DNA of 64,000 bases, taken from positions 14,220 through 78,219 of the IMG/VR virus record IMGVR_UViG_3300013014_001174. One strand, given 5' to 3'. The notes beneath the pieces were generated by a model. The model was not told the origin of the DNA. It was given only the letters and a program-made list of their open reading frames with translations, and ran no database searches. A program made the position numbers and the translations under genes. Positions 10,365 to 21,315 of the stretch are shown one piece after another (positions within the stretch are counted from its first letter, which is position 1; every line of letters begins with the position of its first letter). This DNA comes from a virus.

Positions 10365-11974
10365 ATATCGTTATTTAAATCCCAGTTATCTTTTAATTCT
10401 GTTAAAAATTCACCATTAGGTGTATTACTAATAATACGACAAAAAGAATTTCTTCCGGTACTTGATGTGTCAAAAATAATGTGTTTTTTATCATTTTGAC
10501 CAATATTTAAAATACTACTAAGGATTTCATCAATTGGCTTTAGAGTAAATTCATAACTTGGTGTGTTATACATATCTGGAAATCCTGATCCAGATCCTGG
10601 TGGTGTATATGGTTTTTTATTTTGGTTAACATTAAAAACTAAACCGTATTTGTCAGTTTCAGTATATTCAAAACCACTACCCCAAGGTTCACCAATTTTA
10701 TGTCCTCTATCTTGGAAACTACCACCTGCTAATACTCGTGATTCAGTATCTAAAATACCAGAAATAGTTTCGGTACCACCAATTTGTATCTTTTCATTTG
10801 GCGAAGTCCCAACTAATTTATAACTTGTACATTCTAATTTTATTTCTTGATTTGGTGATATTATAGGTTTTTCTTTTTCTTCGTTTAAAACTCTTTTAAC
10901 AATTCTTGTTAAATCATCTTCCGTAAGTGTAATAATTCTTCTTTTCATATTTTCATTTGTTTTTTTCCTATTTGAAACCATTACTGGTTTTTGCCCTTTT
11001 CCGGATTGAGGGTCGTTTTTTTCGGCTTTTCTTTTTTGACTACAAGCATTTCTTTTTTGTGAATCTGACATTTTTCCTGCAACACCTGCTGCTCTACATT
11101 TTGGATAGGAACCTTCACTAGCATCTGATCTTCCACAAGGTGGATGTTTACCATCAACTTTTCTACATATATCAACCCAAGGACCTTTTGGTTGTGAAGA
11201 ACCCTTTGGTTTTTTCTTTTTACCAAACCAAACAGCCAAATCTTCGTTCATTTTTTGTCTTTTAAGAATATCTTTTTTTGTTACCACTTTTCTTTTTAAA
11301 GGTCTATACCATTCAATAGGGTCATTTGTTAGTTGTCCTTTTGATAATTGTGATTCGTGTTCACCATCAACATCATATGTTGTAACTTCAAATTTACCTT
11401 GTTGTGGTTCCCAACCTCCAACAACTTTATAAACATTTTTTTTCGTTGTTCTTTTTTTAAAAAAATTATTTACCGGACTATCGCTTTCGATATCAAAAGC
11501 CCCAAGTTCTGATTTTTTCCATTTTCTCATTCCAAGCTCTTGCGGACCAGAATATTCACCAGCAGTTGTTGTTGTGGTTATTTCGTTAATTTTTAGTTTC
11601 TTTTTTTGGTGTTTTACCGGTACAATTTCTAATTTTTTTGAGTTTTCTTTACCACTTGGTGTTCTATTTAAAACATTACCATCTTCATCACTATTTGTTG
11701 ACCCTGGGTGTTTCTTTATAAAATTTGATATTTTTCTTGCAACTTTTTCGAGTTCTCGTATTTGATTACTTCTTAAATCCCAATCGTGATCATAACTATC
11801 ATAGGCAACTAAAGGACTTTTATAGTTTGATACTGAATCTGTAAATGGGGCTAATTTTGGTTTATCAAAATCACGCATTCCAGGTTGTAATGGAGCCACG
11901 TATGAACCTCTACCACCAGTTGAATCTCCAGTTGCTTCTTTTAATATTTTCTTTATTAAATCCTTAATTATCAT
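10361..11974 (-). CDS. multi-module putative head protein
   Basis: N-terminal LIKKILKE and internal MKRRIITLTEDDLTRIVKRVLNE motifs; basic Cys-containing domain. Confidence 0.55.
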   Translation of the reverse strand: MIIKDLIKKILKEATGDSTGGRGSYVAPLQPGMRDFDKPKLAPFTDSVSNYKSPLVAYDSYDHDWDLRSNQIRELEKVARKISNFIKKHPGSTNSDEDGNVLNRTPSGKENSKKLEIVPVKHQKKKLKINEITTTTTAGEYSGPQELGMRKWKKSELGAFDIESDSPVNNFFKKRTTKKNVYKVVGGWEPQQGKFEVTTYDVDGEHESQLSKGQLTNDPIEWYRPLKRKVVTKKDILKRQKMNEDLAVWFGKKKKPKGSSQPKGPWVDICRKVDGKHPPCGRSDASEGSYPKCRAAGVAGKMSDSQKRNACSQKRKAEKNDPQSGKGQKPVMVSNRKKTNENMKRRIITLTEDDLTRIVKRVLNEEKEKPIISPNQEIKLECTSYKLVGTSPNEKIQIGGTETISGILDTESRVLAGGSFQDRGHKIGEPWGSGFEYTETDKYGLVFNVNQNKKPYTPPGSGSGFPDMYNTPSYEFTLKPIDEILSSILNIGQNDKKHIIFDTSSTGRNSFCRIISNTPNGEFLTELKDNWDLNNDI

Positions 11975-11997
11975 TACTATAATAAATATCATAATAT

Positions 11998-12210
11998 ATG
12001 GAAAACGAAAATAAACTATTTGGTACTTTATTTGGTTCTATAGACTTAAAAACTGAAGAACATTTGGATATTATCCTTACTACTATGGATAAAGACCACT
12101 CCATATATTATCTAGTTGAGGCCATAAAATCAGCCCATAGAAAGGGTGCGTTTACAATTGGTGAAACTGAAGTCGTATCAAAGGCTATTAGAACTATGTC
12201 TAGACAGTAA
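11998..12210 (+). CDS. hypothetical protein
   Basis: 70-aa ORF. Confidence 0.55.
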   Translation: MENENKLFGTLFGSIDLKTEEHLDIILTTMDKDHSIYYLVEAIKSAHRKGAFTIGETEVVSKAIRTMSRQ

Positions 12211-12657
12211 ATGTACTTTGTATAGCATAATATGTAGGTGATAAACACATAATGTTATTATTCCCCAAGTCTCCATCCAAAAAAACCCATTAAATATCCA
12301 GAAAAAAATTGATATTAAATAGATATAAAAATAGTATTTTAATCTTTTTGTAAGGTATAGTGGAATCAAACAAGAAAGAAAAAAAAGTATTGCAAATAGG
12401 TTATGTAACCAAAAATGACTGGGAACTGAAAATGCGGTTAATAATAGTAAAAACATTGACGGTATTTTCCATTCATCTAACTCAAAAAAAAAATAACTCA
12501 CAAGGGCATTTGTTAATATAAATAAAAATTGTAACTCCGTTTCCCAGGCTTGGGATACTGAATCTAGTTCCCCACAGTAAAAATAAATAATAAAAGGTTG
12601 TAGGATAGCAAGTACTATAACAAACAACCTTCTAATAAAATCAAAACTTTTTATCAT
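12178..12657 (-). CDS. integral membrane protein
   Basis: about five hydrophobic segments. Confidence 0.65.
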   Translation of the reverse strand: MIKSFDFIRRLFVIVLAILQPFIIYFYCGELDSVSQAWETELQFLFILTNALVSYFFFELDEWKIPSMFLLLLTAFSVPSHFWLHNLFAILFFLSCLIPLYLTKRLKYYFYIYLISIFFWIFNGFFWMETWGIITLCVYHLHIMLYKVHLLSRHSSNSL

Positions 12658-15086
12658 CGTATAATTTTTCTCATTGTACCATCATCATATATTTCAATAA
12701 TAACACCTTTTGATTCTGAACCAACCTCTTGACCTAATAAATTAACGTATTTTACAATCTTTTTATCTGTCTGATAGTTTGTTATAACTATAGGTCCGTA
12801 AGTCTTGTATTGACCATCAAAATCATATTGTTGTAATCTGTAGTACACCACCGAGTTGTTTGAAAATTGATCAACGTATGAATATTCAATCAGTTCGTTT
12901 GAATTACCTGCAGATCCTTTTTGACCAACACTTCTCCATTCATAACCATCAATACTTCTTTGTATTAAAAAGTAATTAGAGTTATATTCACTTGATGTTG
13001 CCCATTTTAAAAGATTTGTTGTTTCATACCCAACACCCTCAAAATACAACATCTCAACTGGTAATGGTTGTGGTGATGTAACTGAAATACCAAACGTACC
13101 GGTTGTCCCACCATTATATTCCCATATTCTAATATAAATTGTTTCATATTCAGTAAAATCGCTTCTTGATATAAACGACATTGCCCCATTTAATGAATTA
13201 TCATCATCACATTGTATTTCTACTAATGATCCTGGCGTACCTCTATAAATTGCCATACCACCATCAGTTATCACACCGGTTTGTGTGTCAAAATCTAATG
13301 ATGTTACATATTGTGGAAGTGTAACTTTAAACCAAACATCTTCACCAACATATGCAGCACAACTAGGTGTTAATTCAGTAGTTGTGTTAGTTGCGTTTGT
13401 ATTAGTATAAGTGACATATGTTACTGTATTTGATATTGTTAAATCAATAGCTCCACTTGGGTTATCATTGATTGGTGGTACAGGAGGTGCGGTACAAGTT
13501 CTAGATATCGTAAACGTTCCTGTTGAAGTACTACTGGTTAAATAATGAGCAACATAAATATAATACTGAACACCTACCGTTGTTGTAAATGTATATGTTT
13601 CAGTAGAAAATGAATTATCAATGTTAGTTATGTAAGTTAATCCACTACAAGATCCTGACATAAATAATAAACTATGGTCAAATGTTGTTGTTGATGTGAT
13701 GGTTGTTTGTTGACCGTCACCCGCAAATGTATACCAAACACCATAATTAGATGATAATGAAAATGGTGCAGTTTCAACAACCGTACCTACTGTCGTACCT
13801 GCTAATGAGCTAGTACCACAAGAAACATTTACAGCTCCAGAACAATAATCATTTGCTGGTGGTGGTAATGGAGAGGTTGAACTTGCGGACGCATTCCAAG
13901 AACTATACGTTCCTCCACAATTACTTCTAACATATAATATATAGGTTGTATTTTGAGTTAATGATGAGGTAGATGCCGATGTAACTCCCGCACCAACACT
14001 ACCACTAGCAGTTAATCCTGTTGCACCACTACCCCCTAAACCTGAAGTTCTAATTTCCCATTCATACCCATTTGTCGGTAATGATGGTGATGCCGACCAA
14101 GATAAATTAGCCGAGGTTGGGGATGTGTAAGTTACTAATAATGGTGATGGTGCCGCGCAAGACGGTGGCGTCCAAGTGTATGTTAAACCAGAAGCTGGTT
14201 TAACTGTACTTGAAAGTGTTACAGTTGATGTATTTAATGTCCCTGCGGTTGTTGATGCCCAATTTGTTGTGGTTGTTCTGTTATTAAACGCAGTTGCCCC
14301 TCGTATTCCCACTTGAAATGTTGTTGCAGTAGCACTACCAGTCCCTAAATCAGGGCCTAATATATTATAAACAAATTGTATTGTGTTTGTTGTTTCGTTT
14401 AATTTTATTTGGAAATTATATAATTCACCAAAAAATCCTGATGTGGTATATCTTTGAAATCCTGTAAATTGTACTGTACACGTTCTATTAGGTGCGGTAC
14501 CTGAAGTTAAATATCTAATACCAAAAGTATTTCTACTAAATCTAAAATGGCGAAGAGTTCCTGTGGATGTCGCATTTGCTGACATAGTAATTGTAGTTGC
14601 CGTTTTAGATGATACCGTAGCACCTGCAGGAATACCTGTACCACTAACTTTATCACCAACTAAAATTTGACTAATGTCTCCTGAAGTTACAGTAACCGTA
14701 GGGTTAGCATTTGTAGTACTAACTCGTAAATTACCACGACCTATAAGATCATTCCCCATTGGAGAAATAGAATTTGCTGATGATGATATTGGCGTGTAAT
14801 TAGTACCTGTAGGTGTAGCACCTAATATGATAAACCCATTTTGACTAATACCGAATGTTGTAAAAACACTACCTTCGTATGTAAAATTAAATCCAATTGG
14901 TTGGGGGGCATACACACCGTCATCAAAAAAGACCGTATTTGTCCAAGTCGTGAAATTATCGGCATTAGTACCACCGGCAATAGGTGTATAAGTTCCTGTT
15001 GATGACCCAAATGTATAAGAACTAACTTGTGAATTAACAAAAAAACTTGTTAAAATTGTGAATAAAATTATTATATAGTTTTTCAT
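12654..15086 (-). CDS. secreted Thr/Ser-rich protein resembling Bacteroidota T9SS cargo
   Basis: signal peptide; FN3-like region; PxND repeats; PLPVE motif; C-terminal NLLGQEV...YDDG..KII. Confidence 0.65.
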   Translation of the reverse strand: MKNYIIILFTILTSFFVNSQVSSYTFGSSTGTYTPIAGGTNADNFTTWTNTVFFDDGVYAPQPIGFNFTYEGSVFTTFGISQNGFIILGATPTGTNYTPISSSANSISPMGNDLIGRGNLRVSTTNANPTVTVTSGDISQILVGDKVSGTGIPAGATVSSKTATTITMSANATSTGTLRHFRFSRNTFGIRYLTSGTAPNRTCTVQFTGFQRYTTSGFFGELYNFQIKLNETTNTIQFVYNILGPDLGTGSATATTFQVGIRGATAFNNRTTTTNWASTTAGTLNTSTVTLSSTVKPASGLTYTWTPPSCAAPSPLLVTYTSPTSANLSWSASPSLPTNGYEWEIRTSGLGGSGATGLTASGSVGAGVTSASTSSLTQNTTYILYVRSNCGGTYSSWNASASSTSPLPPPANDYCSGAVNVSCGTSSLAGTTVGTVVETAPFSLSSNYGVWYTFAGDGQQTTITSTTTFDHSLLFMSGSCSGLTYITNIDNSFSTETYTFTTTVGVQYYIYVAHYLTSSTSTGTFTISRTCTAPPVPPINDNPSGAIDLTISNTVTYVTYTNTNATNTTTELTPSCAAYVGEDVWFKVTLPQYVTSLDFDTQTGVITDGGMAIYRGTPGSLVEIQCDDDNSLNGAMSFISRSDFTEYETIYIRIWEYNGGTTGTFGISVTSPQPLPVEMLYFEGVGYETTNLLKWATSSEYNSNYFLIQRSIDGYEWRSVGQKGSAGNSNELIEYSYVDQFSNNSVVYYRLQQYDFDGQYKTYGPIVITNYQTDKKIVKYVNLLGQEVGSESKGVIIEIYDDGTMRKIIR

Positions 15087-15185
15087 AATTAAATATTTTT
15101 ACTTAATAAATAGTTTAAAAAACAATTTAAAACAAGTGTAAAACTTAATAAATGAACATTAACCGGCGTTAAATTATTATATAAC

Positions 15186-15215
15186 AAAAAAAGGAGACAA
15201 TTTCTTGTCTCCTTT
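15186..15215 (-). terminator. intrinsic terminator after major capsid gene
   Basis: AAGGAGACAA/TTGTCTCCTT hairpin with T-run. Confidence 0.8.
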
Positions 15216-15237
15216 GTAGGTTATTTTAAGGGTTTGA

Positions 15238-17094
15238 TTATCTCAATTCTCTTAAATCAAACGTACGAACACCGTCAACTGTAACTCTAGCGTAGAAACG
15301 GTTATTAACCATTTTCTTAGCATAACGAGTCATTATACCTTTAATAGGTGTAAAGTTGAATGGGTTATACATTGTAGGTGTCAATTGTAGAGGTACATAC
15401 GGTGCGTAGATGTAACCTGTGTCAAGTAAAGACGTTCCTTTGTGACCAATCAAAATTGTGTTTGGTGGGAAGTAAGGATCTCTATACACTTGGTAACGAC
15501 CAGCTAAAGTACCAACTCTTTCAATACCCATATTGTATTGGTCTTGCTCAGGAGACGCGTTAGATACGTGGAAGTATTCTAAATCATCAAAGATCGCAGA
15601 AACTTCAGAAGAAACAACAATCCAGTTAGCACCACCTCTCAAAGTTGATTTGTGAATTTGTGCAGACAATTGGTTGATTGCAGTAATCAAAGTTTGATTC
15701 CAATCTTTTTGAGTGTAAGAAGTTGTTAAACTTAATCTTCTCCATCCGTTGTAATCCCAACGTAAATTCCAAGCAGCACCTTTTCTAAGGTCTCTAAGGA
15801 TTTCACGGTCGATTTCAGCAGCAACTTGTTCAGACAATAAAGCTGTCAATTCTGCTTCAGCATCGATATTATGGAATGCAGCAACGTCTTGAGCAAGCTC
15901 TGGAGACCATTGTGCTCTTAATTTTCTTTCAGTTACAGAAACTGTTACAGACTCAAGGTCAAAAGAAACCTCACCGATTTTTTCTTCAAACTCCAATTCT
16001 TCATATCTTCTCCATACAGCAGTAAATGATGTACCAGAAGTAATTGCAGATAAAGTAGAACCTGTATATCCGTCTAATGATGTATCACCACAAGTAGCAC
16101 AAGCTGGACAAGAAAGATCAACTTCAAGAATAATACATCCATTTGCGTTACAGATGTCATAGAATGAACCACCATTTCCAGTGGTTGGGAAAGTAGTTTG
16201 TGTTGTTTCACCATACTGAACAATTCCTTTACCATATTTTTGAGTAACAACTCTAAATAAAAGTGGTTGAGCTGCTGTAGGAAGTGGACATGTGTTACCA
16301 GATGAAAAACCTAAACCAACATAATTTGGAATAATTTTAAGGTCAGAAAGGAAAGATTCTGTATCGATTTCGTTTCCGTCTGGTCCGATTAATTTTCCAG
16401 CACCAGCGATATTACTCCAACCACAAAGTTGAATTAAAACTTTTCTTGTGTTACCAACATACGCAGCATCATTATTAGATGCGGTAACTAAATTACCACC
16501 AGACCATTTAACAACTGTTGATGGAGCTGTAACAGCTGACCAACGACCTTTTGAATAGTCAAATAGACCACCTGGATCTAATCCTGGTTCTGCACCTTCG
16601 TAGAATAAATCATAAAGATTTTTTGCGTAAGGAAAGTTTGTTGCAGACGCATCACCATAACCTTGTCCTGGATTGTTTTCATTAGAGTTAACTGCTTCTG
16701 GAGAACCAACTGGTGGATAATGAACACCTGATGTTCCGTTATCATAACCACTTGAATATCCTTGGATTTTAGGTACGAAGTAGAACAATTTACCAATTGG
16801 TAAGTTCATAGCTTGTACAGATACGATATCGTTAGCTAATAATTTAGAGAATACTCTTCTAACGATTGGAAATACAACAGTTTCAAAAGCTCCGTTTGAG
16901 CCTTCAGAAGTCGCTTCGTTAATTAGGTGAGATGCTTGGTTTTCATATAACTGTGCAACGTTCTCTTTTAAATGTCCTTTAAGACCTTCTAGGAATCCTA
17001 ATCTATCCCATTTGTTAATTGTATCTTCTTTGATAACTTTAAGGTGTTTTAAACCGATGTTACCAACAAGACCTGATTCTAATAATGCTCCCAT
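15238..17094 (-). CDS. major capsid protein (T4 gp23-like)
   Basis: RKLRAQWSPELAQD..AFH.IDAEAEL..EIDREI and YAPYVPL motifs. Confidence 0.95.
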   Translation of the reverse strand: MGALLESGLVGNIGLKHLKVIKEDTINKWDRLGFLEGLKGHLKENVAQLYENQASHLINEATSEGSNGAFETVVFPIVRRVFSKLLANDIVSVQAMNLPIGKLFYFVPKIQGYSSGYDNGTSGVHYPPVGSPEAVNSNENNPGQGYGDASATNFPYAKNLYDLFYEGAEPGLDPGGLFDYSKGRWSAVTAPSTVVKWSGGNLVTASNNDAAYVGNTRKVLIQLCGWSNIAGAGKLIGPDGNEIDTESFLSDLKIIPNYVGLGFSSGNTCPLPTAAQPLLFRVVTQKYGKGIVQYGETTQTTFPTTGNGGSFYDICNANGCIILEVDLSCPACATCGDTSLDGYTGSTLSAITSGTSFTAVWRRYEELEFEEKIGEVSFDLESVTVSVTERKLRAQWSPELAQDVAAFHNIDAEAELTALLSEQVAAEIDREILRDLRKGAAWNLRWDYNGWRRLSLTTSYTQKDWNQTLITAINQLSAQIHKSTLRGGANWIVVSSEVSAIFDDLEYFHVSNASPEQDQYNMGIERVGTLAGRYQVYRDPYFPPNTILIGHKGTSLLDTGYIYAPYVPLQLTPTMYNPFNFTPIKGIMTRYAKKMVNNRFYARVTVDGVRTFDLRELR

Positions 17095-17162
17095 TTTTAT
17101 TGGTTTTTTTGTTTTATTTTTTATTTATGTATATTATAAATATACTTTACTTTTAAAAAAGT

Positions 17163-18779
17163 TTATTTTATTTTAGTCATTAAGTCTTTCATTCGTAAAA
17201 ACTGTGGATTTTCATACGTTTTTGATTCAATCAAATTTGCAGCAGATCCAGTAGATGGAGTAATTTCTACTCTTCTTTGTACTGATTCTGTGATTGTATT
17301 TTCACTAGCTTTTGGCGAGTCTAACTCTGACTTAAGTGTTCTGTAAAGATTTTTAGATTCTTTTAAAGTTTCAGCGTTGTCAAATCTTCTAAGAATATTA
17401 ATCTTTTCTTGTTTAGTTGTTGAATGCTCCGTGAATAACCTAGTAGCGTACGCAAGGTTTGAATTAAATACTGCAACTTCATTTAATTTAGTTCTAAACA
17501 AATCAAGTGCTTTTCTGTATTCATCATTTTTACCTCTTAGTAATTCAAGTTCTCTTTTATTTTCCAATGTAAGATTTCGATTAGGTGTAATACCTTTTCT
17601 TAATCCTCTTCCAGATTTTGAACCATTACCATAAGTTCTTGAAGCTTCTTTTGTTTCCATTTTAGAAGGTTTTACATTAAAATCCCCCTTTAAATTTTCA
17701 CCCTCTTTATATTCAAATTTTGGTCTACCAGTACCCATAGTTTTGTTGGCAGTTTTCTTAACTGTTTTAAATCCACCATCCATGTTTGGTTTTTTACTCA
17801 TTCGATATTTTGAAGCGTTGCCCATTCCAACACCTTTTGCTTTGAATCCTTTAGCTTCCATCATTGAGTGATATTTTTCTTCATTAGAAAAATCCTCTTC
17901 ATCAAATTCAAACTTATGTGTTTTACTTCCATCAAACATACCGTCTTCCTCATCTAATTCTAATTCATAGATGTTTTCTTCTACTGGTCTAGAAAATTCT
18001 TCACCATTATCCATAGTGATTTTATCTTCTTCTTCACCCAAAGACATATAGTCAAATTCATCATCAAAACCTTCTTCATCATCAAATTCATTAGATTTAA
18101 ATTTACTGGCCATCGGATCTTGATTAAGCATTCCTTTTTCTCTAATACCCATATCCAATTTGTTCATAGGCATATAGTCACCAAATTCGTCTTCTTCTTC
18201 ATCATCCTCGTCTTCAAAATCAAAAGATAAATTTTCAAAATCATCTTCATCTTCATCATCATCAAAATGATGTGAATACATATCAAATTCAGATTTACCA
18301 AATTCTTTTAATTCACTATCATCCATCATTGATTCAGAAAGTTGGATAATGTATTCTGCGTTGTTTTCGTTATCGGATAAATGTATCATATTATCATCTC
18401 TTTTTACTATAACACCATCGTTATCACCCATCGCTCTAAATACTCTTAATACTTCAGAGTCAGATGCTTGGGTTAAATCAACTGTGTCATCATCGGAAGG
18501 CATTACTTCTTGACCCATCATTTCTTCATCACCCATATTATCTATGGCGTATTCATCGTCATCAGTAAATTCTTCATTATCAGTATCCGTGTCCTCAATG
18601 TCCACCTCAACTTCTTCTTCATCCTCAACCTCATCTTGTTCTTTTAGAGATTCTTTTACTAATGAATTGATTTCTTCCCTCATTGTTGATGAAAGTATTC
18701 CTTGTGCGTTTCTTTGTAAAGACTCTTCCAAATTCTTAATCTGGAATAATGCGTCTTCTACTTCTCTTTGATTTTTTGC
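17163..18779 (-). CDS. prohead scaffold/core protein (gp22-like position); exact start uncertain (near 18782)
   Basis: very acidic, coiled-coil; directly upstream of MCP. Confidence 0.6.
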   Translation of the reverse strand, partial: AKNQREVEDALFQIKNLEESLQRNAQGILSSTMREEINSLVKESLKEQDEVEDEEEVEVDIEDTDTDNEEFTDDDEYAIDNMGDEEMMGQEVMPSDDDTVDLTQASDSEVLRVFRAMGDNDGVIVKRDDNMIHLSDNENNAEYIIQLSESMMDDSELKEFGKSEFDMYSHHFDDDEDEDDFENLSFDFEDEDDEEEDEFGDYMPMNKLDMGIREKGMLNQDPMASKFKSNEFDDEEGFDDEFDYMSLGEEEDKITMDNGEEFSRPVEENIYELELDEEDGMFDGSKTHKFEFDEEDFSNEEKYHSMMEAKGFKAKGVGMGNASKYRMSKKPNMDGGFKTVKKTANKTMGTGRPKFEYKEGENLKGDFNVKPSKMETKEASRTYGNGSKSGRGLRKGITPNRNLTLENKRELELLRGKNDEYRKALDLFRTKLNEVAVFNSNLAYATRLFTEHSTTKQEKINILRRFDNAETLKESKNLYRTLKSELDSPKASENTITESVQRRVEITPSTGSAANLIESKTYENPQFLRMKDLMTKIK

Positions 18780-18847
18780 CATTTTTATTTTTTTGACTTT
18801 ATTCAAATAAATACACAGGTTTTTGAAAAAGTTTAATTTTAGACAAT

Positions 18848-18882
18848 AAAAAAAGGGAACAACTAATGTTATTCCCTTTTTA
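18848..18882. terminator. intrinsic terminator
   Basis: AAAAAGGGAA...TTCCCTTTTT hairpin. Confidence 0.65.
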
Positions 18883-18903
18883 TGAAAAAATATTTTTTAA
18901 ATT

Positions 18904-19119
18904 TTACTCTATTACTTCATCAATTTTACTTTCTGTTATTGAGGTAATCCTCCAGTCCATTGTGTAGTTTTCATAGATTTTTGTCACTTTTGCCTCAACA
19001 TCCGTTGGTGTGTACCCTAAAACTAATTTTTCTTCTTTTACTTTTTTTACTCTCCCAGATTCTGAATCTAACAAATCTGATGTAATCTTTGCTACAAAAT
19101 ATTTTTCTCCTTGTTCCAT
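18904..19119 (-). CDS. small conserved protein (DUF4494-like)
   Basis: KKVKEEKLV...DVEAKV...ITSITESKI pattern. Confidence 0.45.
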   Translation of the reverse strand: MEQGEKYFVAKITSDLLDSESGRVKKVKEEKLVLGYTPTDVEAKVTKIYENYTMDWRITSITESKIDEVIE

Positions 19120-19127
19120 AATTTTTT

Positions 19128-19844
19128 TTATTTACTCAAATAATCGGATAATCTTTTCATTAAGTCAAGAGATTTGTTTCCGGATTCACCAACATTTCTT
19201 TCTACAGTCATTCTTTTTTCTTCTTCTAAATTTTCATCAAACTTAAATCTATCATTTTTATCTAAAAATAAATAAGCTCCCGGTGTTGATGGAGAAGATA
19301 CAAGATCAAAACAAATTAATTCAAAATCATCTTGTACTTCATTTTGTTCGCCAACTTTTTTTAACGACCCAACACCGCGAGAAGATATACCTAATGTTAC
19401 ACCTTGACGTAAGTAATTTGCTGCCATATCACCTTTTGTTGATACAATACCTCTTTCGTGAAAACCTGGTGATGTTAATAGTTTTAGTTTGCCTAATAAT
19501 ATCGGACCATCCCACCAAACTTCAGTTATCATATGGGATACACGATCAAGATCAATAAGTGAAGATTCTGGGTGATTAAGTTCTGAAAGAGATGTTCCTT
19601 TCTCAATCATTTTTTTATAATTTTCCGCTTCTCTTTTTAATATCTTTTCTGGGTAAACTCTACCATTTCTATTTGGGGTGTCATATTTTTGTAATACAGC
19701 ATAAAACTCAAAAGGTTTTGAATGGTCCAAAAAGTTTTGAGATTCCATAATGTAATGATTGTTTTGTGATTTTGGATTTATATATCCAGCATCGTATTCG
19801 ATAAGGATTCCTTTACCAGTTTCGTTTGGTCCTAAAATTTTCAT
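19128..19844 (-). CDS. prohead protease (T4 gp21-like)
   Basis: NRNGRVYP, ELNHP, GISSRGVGS, FDLVSSPSTPGA motifs. Confidence 0.95.
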   Translation of the reverse strand: MKILGPNETGKGILIEYDAGYINPKSQNNHYIMESQNFLDHSKPFEFYAVLQKYDTPNRNGRVYPEKILKREAENYKKMIEKGTSLSELNHPESSLIDLDRVSHMITEVWWDGPILLGKLKLLTSPGFHERGIVSTKGDMAANYLRQGVTLGISSRGVGSLKKVGEQNEVQDDFELICFDLVSSPSTPGAYLFLDKNDRFKFDENLEEEKRMTVERNVGESGNKSLDLMKRLSDYLSK

Positions 19845-19866
19845 ATTTAAATTTTTATTATAAATA

Positions 19867-20334
19867 TTAAACTTTTTCGGTTTTTACTTTTAAAGGTTTG
19901 GTATTTCCGTTTTTTGTTAGATAAAATTTGAAATTATCATTCTTGCTAAATACGTCTAAATAAATTTCTTTGGTAATATTTTTTAAGTATTTTTTTAATT
20001 TAGTGGATTTAAAATCAATCTCTTGTGTTAAATATAAATTTATTTCTAAATTCATAAAAGATTTTTTTTTCATCTGTAAACCACTTGTTCTTAAATCCAA
20101 ATCCACTATAAATTTATCATCAAAAAGTTCTTTGTTTATGTTATTGAAAACTGAATGTTTTACACTTCTATTCATATTCAGAACAACTCTTGCCCAGTTT
20201 TCTGATTCTTTTTTGGGCTCTACCCAGGATTGTATGTTCAAATAAAGTGATTTGAATTCTTTGGAATCTACTGTTCCGTAACTTACTTTGGATGTTCTAA
20301 ATCCGTTAATTTTTGAGGTTTTTCCCTTTTTCAT
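19867..20334 (-). CDS. hypothetical protein
   Basis: 155-aa ORF. Confidence 0.6.
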   Translation of the reverse strand: MKKGKTSKINGFRTSKVSYGTVDSKEFKSLYLNIQSWVEPKKESENWARVVLNMNRSVKHSVFNNINKELFDDKFIVDLDLRTSGLQMKKKSFMNLEINLYLTQEIDFKSTKLKKYLKNITKEIYLDVFSKNDNFKFYLTKNGNTKPLKVKTEKV

Positions 20335-20416
20335 AAAAATTTTTCATAATCTCAATGTTTATTTTAGTAAAGTTTACGTAATTTTGTAATATATATCAAA
20401 TATAATAAAATCATTT

Positions 20417-20602
20417 ATGTTAATAGTACAAGTAAAAAAAAACGATATTGAAAAAGCCTTAAAGGAATTAAAAAGTAAGGTAATTAGAACTAGACAAAAT
20501 TCACATCTTAATTATAGAAAAGAATATACAAAAAAGTCTGTCGAAAAAAGACAGACTTTACAAAAGGCTATTTATATACAAAGACTTAAGAATTTAGATT
20601 AA
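20417..20602 (+). CDS. rpsU: ribosomal protein bS21 (Bacteroidota type)
   Basis: 61-aa basic protein: IEKALK..K.KV, R.EY.K.SV.KR, QKAIYIQ. Confidence 0.85.
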   Translation: MLIVQVKKNDIEKALKELKSKVIRTRQNSHLNYRKEYTKKSVEKRQTLQKAIYIQRLKNLD

Positions 20603-21315
20603 ATACTTCTATTTAGTTCTTGCAGTTTAAAAAATGAAATTCTATCAAAATTTTCATTTTGTAGTCTATTTAATGTTTCCTCAATTGTTTTAAGAACTTC
20701 AGTGTCAGCTTCATTTTTTTTGATGTTTTCCAATTTATCAACAACATCTTCTTTTAATAGTTCATATTTTAACTTTAATTTATTTTCATCTTCTGATAAA
20801 ATTTTTGTTAAAGTTTTTTTACTTTCTTCATTTAATGAATTAATAAAATTATTTAATGTTTTATTAGCGACATTTACTAATTTTTCTATAGGTAAACTTT
20901 TTATAGTTTTTATTTGTTCCGGAGATTGTTTTAAATTTTCAAGAATAATTTTTTTACTTTTAACTTTATTTTCTAGTGTTAAAACACTTGTTGAAAACAA
21001 GTTATCTAAATTTTCATAATTATTTTTAGATTTAATGTGTCCGACCCATAAATTTAATTCATCCAAGTTTTTCTTGGTAATTTTATTAATTGTATTTTCA
21101 TATACAACCATAGATTGATTTATTAGCTCTGTTGCAATAGATTCATTTAAACCTTTATTACTTGATAATTCATCGTATAAATAATAAAGTTTACTAATAT
21201 TTTTATTCTCTAAAACTAATTCGTTAAAAACAAATAATGTGTTTTTAAAAGAATTTTTCTTGTATGACTCTGTAAGTAGTTTTTCAATCTTACTTTTTAT
21301 TAAACCAAATTTCAT
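20599..21315 (-). CDS. hypothetical head-module protein
   Basis: ORF between portal and protease; upstream TATTTATA. Confidence 0.6.
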   Translation of the reverse strand: MKFGLIKSKIEKLLTESYKKNSFKNTLFVFNELVLENKNISKLYYLYDELSSNKGLNESIATELINQSMVVYENTINKITKKNLDELNLWVGHIKSKNNYENLDNLFSTSVLTLENKVKSKKIILENLKQSPEQIKTIKSLPIEKLVNVANKTLNNFINSLNEESKKTLTKILSEDENKLKLKYELLKEDVVDKLENIKKNEADTEVLKTIEETLNRLQNENFDRISFFKLQELNRSI

